Source of the DNA: Paecilomyces variotii
Lineage: Eukaryota
Strand: one strand, 5' to 3'
Assembly: GCA_004022145.1 (NCBI GenBank)
Contig: RCNU01000014.1
DNA length: 64,000 nucleotides
Shown here piece by piece: positions 22,921 through 35,701 of the stretch (position 1 is the first letter of the stretch; each line of letters starts with the position of its first letter). The translations under genes and the position numbers were made by a program. The notes under the pieces are model-generated. The model was not told the DNA's origin. It was given only the letters and a program-made list of their open reading frames with translations, and did not search any database.

Positions 22921-25296
22921 TTACATCCGCTTAGTCTCCTCGGACTTCCATGCTTCCTTGTCCATTGAGAAACGATCCCTCTCATCTTCTTGGGACAAAA
23001 CATAATATGTTCCTTGCATCCTTCGTTGCCACAGACGCCACAGACCCCCAATGAAAAGCGACAGTAGAACAACCGCAGCTCCTCCCGCCCATACCAAACT
23101 CTCCGGCCGCAGAATCTTCGATACAAGACCCCAAAACCCCGCTGGGCCTGGCAGTTCGTGTTCCCGAAACCCATGGAAACCCTGCGTATACTCCGGCGGA
23201 ACGTGGGGCCACTTATCTACACCGTCTAGGATAGCCATTGCCATTCCATTATCCAGATGCATCTCGAAATGGCAGTGTAACAGCCACGCGCCTGGCGACG
23301 TAACCTGGTACCGCAGCACAACCCACATCGCTCCCGTGAACTCTGTCAGGAACGTGTCTCGGTATGGGGGATTCACCATGTTAAAGCTTTCGGGCTGGTC
23401 GGCCATTGCTTCTTCTACCGAGGAATAGTTCCACAGGCCTTGCCCCCCTCCAATCCGCCAGTATTTGTTCGCGTGTTTATGGACCGCGTGCGGGAAGTCG
23501 ACTGGCCATAATGGTGAATGACCTACCTGCAGTACGATGTCTTGCCAGGTGCCGTTCTGGGTTCGGATGATCAAATCGTCATCATGGGCCTGCTCGGAAT
23601 TGACGTTGTAAAGAAGGGGTTCGTAGGCTGAGCGGTCTGGGGGATATTTTTTCTTCCCACTCAGAGTAAATTCCCAAGTGGAGTTAGCCTTGCCCAAGTA
23701 CAACACATGCATATCATCTCCGTGGGCAGCTGGAACTTTTCTCGGCCAAGGAGGCAGGTCAAGCTTGTCTAGGAAAACAGCATCTCGCATCGGCCAAGCG
23801 TTGTAATCGAAATAGGGCTTAGATATAGTCGTGACACCAAATCGGTCTGGTTTCTGACGGGCGTTGGGGTCTCCATTTTTGTATCGGAGGATCCCGAATG
23901 CTGCGATCATCTGGGAATATCCACCATCTGGGACACGGATCGAGTAGTCCATGGGCTTCTTATCCAGTCTGATCATGGCTGAATATCGCTCTCCGGCCCA
24001 AATCAGGAAGGTGTCTGCCCGGCGAGGCTCGATGTAATGGCCGTCGACTTCATAGATCCACATTTCGTGCTCATCGATTGTTGGCTGGAGGGTCTTGAAT
24101 GTCGAGCCTCCGATCCAGTTCACACTCGCCCAGCGGTCTGCCGGGTCAACCTCGATTGCCTCTGTTGGACCGGAGTAGGGAACACAGCCTTCCTGGAGAC
24201 CGGGCGGGATGGCGGACACGTTCCCGTCTGCGAGCCACGGACCTTCTGTCGATGGTACGAATGGGAAGCACCTATACGATAATCAGAGACATGAACTATA
24301 CCGATGATGAATCTCCTGGCCGCTCACCCTTTGTCTGTGATAGTGTCATTCGGCCAGCTCTTGTGCATGAACGGGATCTGCTTGTCAATAAGCCATTGAT
24401 GGCCAGGACAATAGACGCTCCCTTTGCCGTTGAGAAGAATACTATCGACGCAACTGATTTTATAAGTCAGTCGACTAGAAACGTACTCATATCAGTACAC
24501 TGGAATCATACAAGATCTGCAGTCGGCTGTTTGCATCTGCTTCTTTATACTGGGTCGAGTTGTAGTAGTCCCAGTCAGAAAGCATCATGATGTGAGGATT
24601 GTTGCTTGCGCGCTCCATGGCAGCAATGTCCTCGGGATCTTCGCTGATCATTGCCCAGGGTCCAGCGGTGCCTGGCTTTCGGCTGCCTTCTGTGAGCTAC
24701 ATCCAACAATAGCAGAGAGAAAACAAACCGAATGAACAATGCACCATATAAGCCATCCAGCAGAGTAGCCCGAGAATGAGAGTGGTACCTGATTCTGTCA
24801 GTCTACTTCTGACTGGGTGTGTTTCTCATGACGACCTACCAGTATTGACCAGGGGGGTAGGCAGTAAAGCGATAGACGTAGCTCTCACCAGGCTCTATAG
24901 GCTTCTGACTCAGACCTGGAACTCCATCTGACCACGGCGTATCTTGCATCCTTCATTACACCATTAGCACCTGGCGAAATATCGAAGGTTGAATAGGTCT
25001 ACTCACAAAATTCCATGCCAGTGGATTGTGGTGTTCTCATGCATGTAATTACGAACAACAATCTGTTCTTCGTCAGTCCTGCAGCCTCAATTGGCGAAAG
25101 ATATGCCACCGACTTCAACGTCGTCGCCCTCGTCGAATATAAGCGTCGGAGATGGAAATTGACCATTTGTCTTGATCATCTGCCGAGATTGGCCGTTGGG
25201 AGCGCCCTCTTCCCAGGTGAGCACTAGCTCGCGTTGGACATGGGCGCCCAGGACGAGCAATACATTGCAGGCCAGCAGTAAAAGATAGGCCGGCAT
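22921..25296 (-). CDS. vdtB: Multicopper oxidase / phenol-coupling laccase with C-terminal TM helix
   Basis: Signal peptide MPAYLLLL. Copper motifs HWHG, WYHSH, HAVHKH and [15 protein letters not shown]. Several short 5' introns. Hydrophobic segment [20 protein letters not shown]. Confidence 0.92.
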
Positions 25297-25399
25297 TGTG
25301 AAAGAATGGATAGCCTGATTAGTTCAGTTGCGGTTATGCCTGGTATTAATATCACGGTTGGGATACTTGGGGCTGAAGAACTCATTAAGCCCCGGTTCT

Positions 25400-25410
25400 T
25401 CGGGGACCGA
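25400..25410. promoter_or_regulatory. TCGG-N3-CCGA palindrome (candidate VdtR site), vdtB/vdtC divergent promoter
   Basis: TCGGGGACCGA, which matches the AflR-type TCG-N5-CGA site. Confidence 0.7.
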
Positions 25411-25553
25411 AAACATTGCCAACCTCACTGCCACAATACTCGTACTCTTCGGATTGAAACAGTTACTGAGTGAAATTAATGTTATTTAATAGCGAAGTTG
25501 GAGTCGAAGAACATGTCGTACTCTGGTCATTCCAAGAAACAACGTCGATTACT

Positions 25554-26963
25554 ATGGCAGAGGAAATCAAGCTGACTCCCCTGGAGACCTTCGCACAGGC
25601 AATCAGTGCCTCTGCGAAGACTATTGCAACTTACTGCAGAGACTCCGGTCATCCTCAACTGTCCGATGATAATTCTAGCGGCCTCACTGGGGATGTTCTC
25701 CCCCCTTCCGCACCACAGGCAGTCACCGCCGCCAGACAGACCATCTTGGAGGCATCGTACCGACTACAGCAATTGGTCACTGAGCCTAGCCAATACCTGC
25801 CGCGACTGACCGTTTACGTGAGTGTTGAACAATCTCCCATGAAAGATCAAACTAACGACAGAAAAGCCCCAGCACCTGGCTGCCTTACGCTGGCTGTGCC
25901 ATTTCAGAATCCCGGAGCTCATCCCCGTGCAAGGCACCAGGACATACTATGAGCTGGCTACAGAAGCCAAAGTTCCTCTTCATCAACTGCAGAGCATTGC
26001 AAGAATGGCAATTACTGGGAGCTTTCTCCGAGAGCCGGAGCCCAATATCGTCGCCCACAGCAGGACGTCAGCCCATTTTGTTGAGAATCCTTCGCTCCGT
26101 GACTGGACACTATTCCTGGCAGAGGATACCGCGCCCATGGCGATGAAGCTTGTTGAGGCGACTGAAAAGTGGGGAGACACGAGGAGCAAGACAGAGACGG
26201 CCTTTAACCTGGCGCTGGGCACGGATCTGGCCTTCTTCAAGTATCTTTCCAGCAACCCGCAGTTCACCCAGAAATTCTCGGGATATATGAAAAATGTGAC
26301 AGCGAGCGAGGGTACTAGCATCAAACATCTCGTCAACGGATTCGACTGGGCGAGCCTCGGAAATGCGATCGTGGTTGATGTACGTCTTCAATCGTCGTTT
26401 ACTCCATACCGATCCCATACTGATGTGATATTCTACAGGTTGGCGGTTCTACTGGTCATGCAAGCATTGCTCTCGCGGAATCGTTCCCCGATCTGAAATT
26501 CATCGTGCAAGACCTGCCCATGGTGACATCTACCTCGAAGGACAATCGCGAAAAGACCCCTCTCCCAGAGACGGTCGCTTCCCGCATCTCCTTCGAGAGC
26601 CATGACTTCTTCAAGCCTCAGCCGGTGCAGAATGCGGATGTCTATCTTCTTCGCATGATTCTGCATGACTGGTCATTCAAAGAAGCAGGCGAGATCCTTG
26701 CCAATCTAGTACCGTCCGTCAAGCAGGGTGCTCGGATCCTTATTATGGACACTGTGCTTCCCCGTCATGGTACTGTCCCCGTAACTGAGGAAGCGTTGCT
26801 TCGTGTGCGAGATATGACGATGATGGAGACATTCAACAGCCATGAGCGGGAGATTGACGAGTGGAAGGACCTGATTCAGGGGGTGCATACTGGGCTTCGG
26901 GTGCAGCAGGTCATTCAGCCGGCGGGGAGCTCAATGGCGATCATTGAGGTTGTTCGGGGATGA
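25554..26963 (+). CDS. vdtC: SAM-dependent O-methyltransferase (methyltransf_2), 3 exons
   Basis: MAEEIKLTP start. VVD|VGGSTG SAM motif spans an intron. Also HDFF and LRMILHDW. Confidence 0.92.
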
Positions 26964-27076
26964 CGAGACTCATCACGTATTGGTACCTTTCCCTTGGGCT
27001 GCGCAAAATCCTACATATTGAGCTGTAAGGCTGTGTGGCACACATGGGGTAGATGGATAAACGAGGAGTTTAGTTT

Positions 27077-27087
27077 TCGGACCCCGA
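27077..27087. promoter_or_regulatory. TCGG-N3-CCGA palindrome upstream of vdtD
   Basis: TCGGACCCCGA. Confidence 0.7.
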
Positions 27088-27250
27088 AAGCGATCTGCGG
27101 ATCGACTCATGTTTTGATCTCATGTCAGCATCTAGAGTAAGTATCTAGAGTACTTCTGATTGCTATAGTACATGAAACCATGATATTCCTACCTATGGAT
27201 CCGGAAGCAATCTAAGTAGTTCTGATCGGTCTTTTCCTTCCGTTACCACG

Positions 27251-29173
27251 ATGTTTATGACCCAGATCGTGTTCGGGATAGCCCCGACCCTTCTCAAGAC
27301 CTTCTCCCACCTCACTGCCCTCGATCTCTGGCGACCATCCGCACCCTACGTGTTCGATCCTGTCACGAGTAGCACCTACCTAGGGACTATAGCCGATGGG
27401 GTCGAGGAGTTCCTTGGGATCTTCTACGGCCAAGACACGGGTGGATCGAACCGTTTCGCACCCCCAAAGCCCTATATTCCCTCCCGCCACAGTTTCATTA
27501 ATGCGAGCACGGCGGGCGCCGCATGTCCCCAGCCCTATGTTCCTCTGCCAGCCGATCCATATACCGTTCTCACCAATGTATCAGAGGACTGTCTCAGCCT
27601 GCGCATTGCGCGACCAGAAAATACGAAGTCTACTGCGAAGCTGCCCGTGATGGTTTGGCTGTATGGAGGTGCGTACAACAGATTACCCACTGATCTCCAG
27701 TGGGAGACATGAAGACCGCTAACTGAAATGACAGGAGGAGCTTCCGTCGGAACAGCCTATGATGTATCGTATAATCCTGTCGGACTGATCCAGCAGTCCG
27801 TGGTGAATGGGAGTCCAGTGATCTACGTCGCTATCAACTACCGGGTAAACCGTACGCAGACCGATAGTCACTTTTAAAATTCATATCTAACAAGCCTTCA
27901 GTTTTTGGACATGCCTTCTCGGACGCTCTTCTAAAGTCCAAGTCCACGAATCTGGCTATGCAAGACCAACGTCTTGGGATCGAATGGATCAAGAATCATA
28001 TTTCTGCGTTCGGAGGCGATCCAGACAATATCACCCTCTTCGGAGAAGACGAGGGTGCAACGTACATCGCTCTTCACATTCTCTCAAACCATGAAGTGCC
28101 ATTTCATAGAGCAATCTTGCAGAGTGGAGCCGCCATAACGCATCACGATGTCAACGGGAATAGATCCGCGAGGAACTTCGCGGCCGTCGCGGCCAGGTGC
28201 AATTGTCTCTCTGATGGCGACCGACAGGTAGACTCCCAAGACACAGTTGACTGTCTCCGACGAGTTCCTATGGAAGATCTAGTCAACGCAACGTTTGAAG
28301 TCGCGCACTCTGTTGATCCCGTGAACGGGTTCCGCGCATTGTACGTCCTCTTACACTTTCCCTCTCACAAATGCAAGCAAGACTAACAGCCCCAGTATGC
28401 CCGCCGTAGACGGCTACATGATACCGGATGAGCCATCCAACCTTCTTTCAAGAGGCCAAGTACCAGCCAATATATCTATCCTAGCAGGATGGACGCGCGA
28501 CGAAAGCTCCATGTCCGTCCCAACGAGTATCCGCACCGCAGCCGACGCTGCCTCCTTCATCTCAACCCAATTTCCGTTATTGAACGCCTCAACTATCCAC
28601 CACTTTCTCACATCTCTCTACCCCGAATCGGACTTTACCACCAACAGTCCATCTTCACCGGAGAAAGTTACGCCCGCCTGGCGCGCGACATCAGCTCTCC
28701 ACAGAGACCTTACCCTTACGTGCCCGACTATCTTCCAAGCATGGTCCCTGCGCCTCTCATCCAACTGTACAACTCCGGTGTATCTGTACGAACTGCGTCA
28801 AAGTCCCTTCGCGACAGCTCTCAACAACAGTGGTGTGGGATACTTGGGCATCGTACATTTCTCGGATGTACCGTATGTCTTTAATGAGTTGGAAAGAACA
28901 TACTACATTACTGACCCGGAGGAGAATAAGCTTGCTCAGAGGATGAGCGCGAGCTGGACTGCTTTCGCAAGCGGTGCTTTCCCTCTTTGTGAACGGTCTG
29001 AGAGATCATTGGGGAGATGGGAGGAGGCGTATGGGGGGGACAGGGTTTGTAGGGATCGAATGCCAGAGCATGTACGGGTGAAAGGTATTGGGGATAATGG
29101 CGACCAGGATGATGGGGATGAGATAGGGAAGCTTATGGCAAGGTGTGGGTTTATTAATCGGTTGGAGTACTAG
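27251..29173 (+). CDS. vdtD: Type-B carboxylesterase homologue lacking the catalytic serine (dirigent-like helper)
   Basis: SEDCL, PVMVWLYGG, NYR and FGGDPDNITLFGEDEG (GESAG changed to GEDEG), LQSG. Three introns. Confidence 0.9.
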
Positions 29174-29952
29174 GATGATCGAGGGTCCTGGGAGACTAGG
29201 TACTTACTCAGTCCACGTGGAATCTCCGAGTGAGGGTAGAGGAGATTCCGTCTTGGCCCTGGGATCTGGTTTTTGAGTGAACAATGCCACGTCTATATGA
29301 GGAGGTCGATGGAAGTTGCAAATTCGGAGCAAAGACAGTAAGTATACAGGCATAATAATAATAATCGGTCCTGTTAGTGGCGGGCCAGTTCTGCCGGTCC
29401 ATTACCCCTGAGTACCTTACTGTCTGTACGTACTTAGCTTAGCTACCCAAACTCGAGTCCAACGAAGAATACTTCGTCCACAATGGAACTGTTCGTTTCC
29501 TCGGAGGGATGCTTGCACATTTGCGTCCCGATCCCATTGGGATGTGACGGATACCTTCTAGCTGGGTACTTCCTATGGTCGATATCAGCTGGTTCGGGCA
29601 CTTAAACTTATTCTCCAAAGCCGAAGGAACTGTACTCGAAATGGATCTAAAACAGCGCTGCCCCGTTTCCCGACCCGACCAGACCCTTCGCGGCATGCTT
29701 CAAGGCATACCTAGGTAGGGCGTAATCAATGTTTCAATGGTGTTCTGTTCTATTGGATCCCTTCACCTGACTTCGAACCCTGATTGGGTTGACGGTGTCC
29801 GAAAAACCCGCATGGGGGCCAAAGCCGGTAGAATCGATCTGATATCGGCTGGGTAATGGATGGTTGGAGATGGAAATATATATGTTTAGTCGCTTAAGTC
29901 CTTTATGGTCCACAAAATACCTAGCGGATACATTATTATATGATTGGCCAAA

Positions 29953-31778
29953 ATGGCAAGTATGCAAGAAGTCGATGCGCTCGTGGTCGGTGCTGGATTC
30001 GGCGGCTTGTGGATGACAAACAGGTACGTGTTCAGCCTTGTTGCGAGGAGATGTATTTCAGAGTTGATAGCGTTGCGACAGACTGAAAGAGGCCGGTCTA
30101 AATGTCCTCTGCGTTGAGAAAGCACCTCAAGCAGGCGGAGTCTGGTACTGGAACTGCTACCCCGGCGCCCGGGTAGACAGTCGCTACCCTGTCTATCAGT
30201 ATTCCGACGAGTCGCTCTGTAAAGACTGGAATTGGAGTGAACTTTTCCCAGGGTACGAAGAGATCCGCAAGTACCTCTCCTACGCGGTCGACAAGTGGCA
30301 GCTAAACAGCCACATCCGGTACAATACAACAGTGACAGGTGCACGCTTCGACGAGTCGGACCACAAATGGACCGTTGAAGGTATTAATGGCTCACATGGG
30401 ACGATACGCATCCGGTGTCGTTGGTACATCCTTGCCCTAGGGTTTGCCTCAAAGCCATACATCCCCGACTTCGAGGGTCTCAACCGCTTCCAGGGTCCCT
30501 GCTTCCACTCCTCGGCGTGGCCACAGGAAGGAATCGACCTGAAAGGCAGACGCGTCGCCGTCGTTGGCACAGGTGCAAGCGCTGTGCAGATCATCCAGAC
30601 CATTTCCAAAGAAGTCGGCCACTTGACCGTCTACCAGCGGACCCCGTGCACTGCCATGCCAATGAGACAGCAGTCCCTGACACCCGAATACCAGGACAAT
30701 TTCAAAGCCTCCGGCGAGATGGCAGCCACGATGCGTCGTACAAAGTACGAGAGATTTGGTGGCCAAGACGTGCAGTTTGTTAGCCGTCGCTGGCACGAAG
30801 ATACCCCTGAGCAACGGCGTGCAGTGTTCGAGCAAGCCTGGCAGAAGGGCGGATTCCACCTGCTCCTATCCACCTACTTCGAAGTCTTCGACGACGTGGA
30901 GGTGAACCACGCCGCATGGCGATTCTGGGCCGAGAAGTCGCGCGAGCGCATCCATAACACCAAATACAAGGACATCCTAGCCCCGCTAGAAGCGGTCCAC
31001 GCCTTCGGAGGAAAACGTACCCCGTTCGAACAAGATTACTTCGAGGCCTTTAACCGTCGTAATGTAGATCTAATCGATATGAAAGCGTCACCAATTCTCT
31101 CCTTTGCGGAGAAAGGCATCATAACCCAGAACGAGGGCTTGCAGGAATTTGATGTAATCATTCTAGCGACTGGCTTCGACACAAACACTGGCGCCCTAAC
31201 ATCCATCCATATCCAAGACACAGATGGCATCCTACTCAAGGATCGTTGGAGCTACGACGGCGTTATGACGACCTTCGGGATGTCGACTAGCAAGTTCCCT
31301 AACATGTTTTTCTTCTACGGGCCGCAGGCACCGACAGCTTTCTCGAATGGACCCTCGTGCATTGAACTACAGGGCGAGTTCGTCGAGGAGCTGATCCTCG
31401 ATATGATCGGGAAAGGTGTAACGCGTGTCGACACGACTAGTGAGGCCGAGAAGAGGTGGAAGGAGTCGACTTTGTCGCTGTGGAACCAATTTGTGTTTTC
31501 TTCTACAAAGGGATTCTATACGGGGGAGAATATCCCGGGGAAGAAAGCTGAGCCGTTGAATTGGTACGTACTAGTCCTTGGTTTAGGTGTCTCAAAACGC
31601 TGATGTGTGATATAGGTTTGGGGGCTTTCCTCGCTATAGGAAGGCGTTGACGGAGTGTCGCGACGGCGGGTATAAGGAATATTCTCTTCGGTCTTTGCCT
31701 AAAGTTCCGGATCCAGAGCACAGGGGGTTGATTGATAAGGTGGCCGTTGTTACATCGGCCCAGCCGGTGGGAGCGTAA
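29953..31778 (+). CDS. vdtE: Baeyer-Villiger monooxygenase (FAD/NADPH)
   Basis: True start MASMQEVDALVVGAGFGG at 29953. Motifs GGVWYWNCYPGARVD, BVMO fingerprint FQGPCFHSSAWP, GTGASA and ATGF. The last exon ends with TAA at 31776-31778. Confidence 0.93.
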
Positions 31779-32048
31779 TGCATCGTTATGGAAAGTTTCA
31801 GTGACTGGCTATCTCAATGAAGCGCCTTCTTTCCCCCCGCGCGCTTTGTCTTCTGTGGACGATAATTTACTCTGAGTTACAATTACATTCACTCGAGACT
31901 GAAGTGAGAGTAGGCCAATTGAAGGTGAAGAATTAGCCGGTGGACTCGAGGAGAAAGACAAAGCAGAGGAAATAAATCGACGAAACTGTATTATCACGGT
32001 TTGCAATCAATAGCTTAAGATACTAACGCAGGGCTGAATATTAGCATT

Positions 32049-33079
32049 TCAATATGAACTTGGCTTATTCGACACATAACCGCCATCCACAAGCAGAACC
32101 ATCCCATTACAGTACGCCCCAGCTTTTGATGCCAAATATACAATGGTTCCCCCGATCTCCTGCGCATCCCCAAACCTCTCTTCTGGGGCCAGTGAAGCAG
32201 GCAGTCGACCTCCAGTTGCTTTGTAGAAGTTGCCCATCATGTCGGTGTTGAAATCTGCGTCCTGTCAGCACTGATGACCTTTCGATCTGGATAATGGCAA
32301 ACATACATCCAGGGGCAATGACATTAACTCTGATCTTCCACGGGGCCAGATATGTGGCTAGATTCTTCATCATATGTGTCGCGGCCGCCTTACTCGCACC
32401 GTAGATGAACGCGGAATTGTCTCTACCGAATCCGCCCACGCTGCTCAACGTCACCACCTGGCTTCGCACGTACTCGATGCGCGCTTTGCCGGCTCCATTG
32501 CGCGCCTGGGAAGCCTTTGCCTCTTCCTCGCTCTTCTTGTTGCCTTTGTCCAAGAGCTCCAGAAAAGCGAAAGTCACCATCAGCGAAGCGGTGGTGTTGG
32601 TCTCGAAGACCGCCGCGTAGTCCGCGAAGGACTTGTGAAACCAGTAGTCACGCACTTTGGATATGTCCCATTTCGGCGTCGGTCGTGTGGCATGGGGTCC
32701 CAGGTTCGGTGTGGAGATTCCAGCGTTATTCACCAGGAGGTTGATATACCCATCCTTGGCGGCGATGTGGTCGACGACGCCTTGAAGGTCAGCATGCGAG
32801 GTAACGCTGCACTGGACCGGGTGGATGTTGCCATGGGTCTATCACAGATAGTCAGTACCATAGTGATTGCTTTGTGGACTTGGTTTGTCTTGAACCAACC
32901 GACTGCTTGGCTGCTTCTTGTAAGGGCTCGAGCCGTCGCCCGAGTATGTAGACTTTAGCCCCGTTGGCCTCGAGGGCCTTCGCCATCATCAGCCCAAGCC
33001 CTGTTCCTCCGCCTGTTATCACGGCCACACGGCCAGTGATGTCGAACAGGCTCGATGCGGTTAATGCTTTTCCATCCAT
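32049..33079 (-). CDS. vdtF: Short-chain dehydrogenase/reductase, 3 exons
   Basis: TGGGTGLG, NNAG, YGASK, IRVNVIAPG. Confidence 0.92.
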
Positions 33080-33233
33080 GGTCTGTTCTGTTGTTGGTGC
33101 ATCAAAGCAGTAAGAGAGGAAGATCCGTCCAAACGGGCGCGCTTTCTTCTACTCTGGATGGCCTTCCATATCTTGCCTCCCCCTCTCTCTCTCTCTCTGT
33201 TCTTCCATGGTAATTGTGCAGCTCCAAATGTTT

Positions 33234-33244
33234 TCGGATACCGA
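33234..33244. promoter_or_regulatory. TCGG-N3-CCGA palindrome, vdtF-proximal
   Basis: TCGGATACCGA. Confidence 0.7.
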
Positions 33245-33489
33245 CGTGAAGCTGAGATGGGAGAACATGTCGCGATCAGCCACTAAGTATCTACGTAGTC
33301 CTAGATAGAAAGCAAACACACTTAGAACATCGGTTGTTAGCACATGCAGCCACTGTCGATCCTCACACTCTAGAATGCTACCGTAGGCGACTAGGCCAAC
33401 GGATGGATGACTTACTAAATAGACGACAATAAAACGACCAGCCAGTCGGGTTCATCCCAGAAATGAGCGATCGATCTCTCATTGCTGCA

Positions 33490-33500
33490 TCGGACACCGA
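33490..33500. promoter_or_regulatory. TCGG-N3-CCGA palindrome, vdtG-proximal
   Basis: TCGGACACCGA. Confidence 0.7.
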
Positions 33501-33808
33501 AGCTTTTCTCGTGGCTTCGATGAAGCTACCTAGGTAGCCATGGATATCGATCCTTGGGGGCTGAGACAGCTACAAACCCTGCACGAGAACACACGGAAGT
33601 ACTAGCGACATAAACACATCAGGTCTCAGATTCTTGCTAGCCCCAAGATTGCAAAAGTACCACGTATGTTGACAGGCATCGCGTGAGAGCAGGACAACTT
33701 GTTCCTCTCGTTTCCACCCCCACGCCATCGTGTCTGGCACTTCAGATCGTATTCTGCTGCTGCTCGACTTTTCTCTCAGATCCGCTTGTGCTTCAAAACC
33801 ACCGCAAG

Positions 33809-35701
33809 ATGGCAGACGAGCAAAAGACCCCCTTGGAGAGCGGCCAGCAACCAGCAGTCGCACAACACACATCGACCGCTGAGCTGCAGACAGAAAAGCC
33901 CGGCCAGATGAATGGTAATGGAACAGCAGACAAGCCAGGCCCTCCAGGAGGCAAACCTTTTGGGCCTGGCATGGGCCCGCCTATACAGTATCCCACTGGA
34001 TTCAAGCTCTACTCGATCATGACCGGGCTCTACCTCGCGAGCTTTCTCACGGCTTTGGTAGGTTGGCGCTCGATCACCGATCTGACGGACAGTGAAACTT
34101 ATATCGGATGACAGGATCGTACCGTGTTGGTGGTCGCCATTCCCCAAATTACCGACCATTTCAACTCGATTGACGACATCGGTTGGTACGGCAGTGCATA
34201 TCTGCTCACCTTTTGCGCCTTCCAGCTGTTGTTTGGCAAAATTTACTCGTTCTACAATCCCAAATGGGTCTTTCTGTCAGCTGTTTTGATCTTCGAGATC
34301 GGATCGGCCATTTGCGGTGCTGCTCCTAACTCCACTGCCTTGATCATCGGTCGTGCGATCGCGGGTCTTGGGTCTTCAGGGATTTTTGGTGGAAGTGTCA
34401 TTATCACCTTCTTCACGGTCCCCTTGCATCAGCGACCGATCTACACTGGCATCGCCGGCGTCATATTCGCGTTGGCCTCCTCAGTCGGACCGCTCATCGG
34501 TGGTGGATTCACCAACAACGTGTCCTGGCGGTGGTGCTTCTATATCAACCTACCCGTTGGAGCCCTGACCGTGGTGACTATTCTGCTGTTCTTGAACCTG
34601 CCACCCGCTCGTAAGGCCGGGACACCTCTCCGTGAACAGTTACTGCAAATGGACCCACTGGGTAACCTTTGCTTAATTCCTGGTATCATTTGCCTTCTGC
34701 TTGCCATCCAATGGGGTGGCTCAACATATGCGTGGAGCAATGGTCGGATAGTTGCACTGTTGGTTTTGGCCGGTGTTCTCTTAATCGCCTTTGTGGGAGT
34801 CCAGCTGTGGCTGCAGGATAAGGGCACTATCCCTCCACGCGTGATGAAGCAGCGCAGCATTGCGGCTGGTATGGCATTCACGATCTGTGTGACCGCAGGC
34901 TTCATGTCTTTCAACTACTACCTCCCGATCTGGTTCCAAGCAATCAAAAATGCGTCATCCTTCCACTCGGGTGTGATGATGTTGCCCACAGTAATCTCAT
35001 CAGGAGTAGCCAGCTTGGCCTGTGGATTCATCATTCATCGAGTTGGATACTACACGCCGTTTATGATCGGTGGCTCTGTGCTCATGGCGATTGGCGCAGG
35101 TTTGCTCACCACGTTCACGCCCACCACAGAGCACCCTAAATGGATTGGCTATCAGGTTCTATGGGCATTAGGATGCGGAATGAGTACGTTTCAGCCTCCT
35201 TTCTTTGCCCGCTGTATCTTTGTCGGCGGATACTAACTCGACCTCTGAGCAGGCATGCAGCAAGCCTCCCTGGCCGCCCAAACAGTGCTCCCGAAGCCTG
35301 ACGCGCCAATTGGTATCTCGCTCATCTTTTTCTCACAATCATTAGGCGGTTCAGTATTTCTAGCGGTGGACGATTCCATCTACAGCAACCGGCTTGCGGC
35401 CAAACTGGGCAGCATTCCCAATCTGCCTCAGTCAGCGCTGACAAACACGGGAGCCACCAATATTCGCAACTTGGTGGCACCTCAATATTTGGGTCGTCTG
35501 CTTGGCGGCTACAATGACGCATTAATGGATGTCTTCCGGGTTGCGGTAGCCAGCAGTTGCGCGTGCGTAGTAGCTGCTGCCTTTATGGAATGGAAGAATG
35601 TCAGGGCGGCCAAGGCAGCTGGACCAGGTGGCCCAGGGGGTCCAGGGGGTCCAGGGGGTCCAGGGGGTCCTGAAGGCCTGAGGGGAGGAAACAAGGTATA
35701 A
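33809..35701 (+). CDS. vdtG: MFS drug:H+ antiporter (DHA2/AflT-like, 14 TMS), 3 exons
   Basis: Start MADEQKTP. Motifs IPQITDHF..DIGWYGSAYLLT, GRAIAGLG, WRWCFYINLP and YYLPIWFQ. Confidence 0.93.
35621..35671 (+). repeat. 9-bp coding tandem repeat (CCAGGGGGT) encoding GPGGPGGPGGPGGPGGP
   Basis: Read directly in the last exon of the MFS gene. Confidence 0.9.

Noticed and set aside
30332-31603. ORF-track boundaries for the BVMO (similarly the vdtC, vdtG and helicase starts)
   Set aside because: Alternative-start artefacts. Spliced models with upstream ATGs restore the conserved N-terminal motifs.
16238-33538. Recurrent TACCTAGGTA palindromes (16238, 29708, 33527)
   Set aside because: A common low-complexity intergenic word in filamentous ascomycetes, found both inside and outside the cluster.
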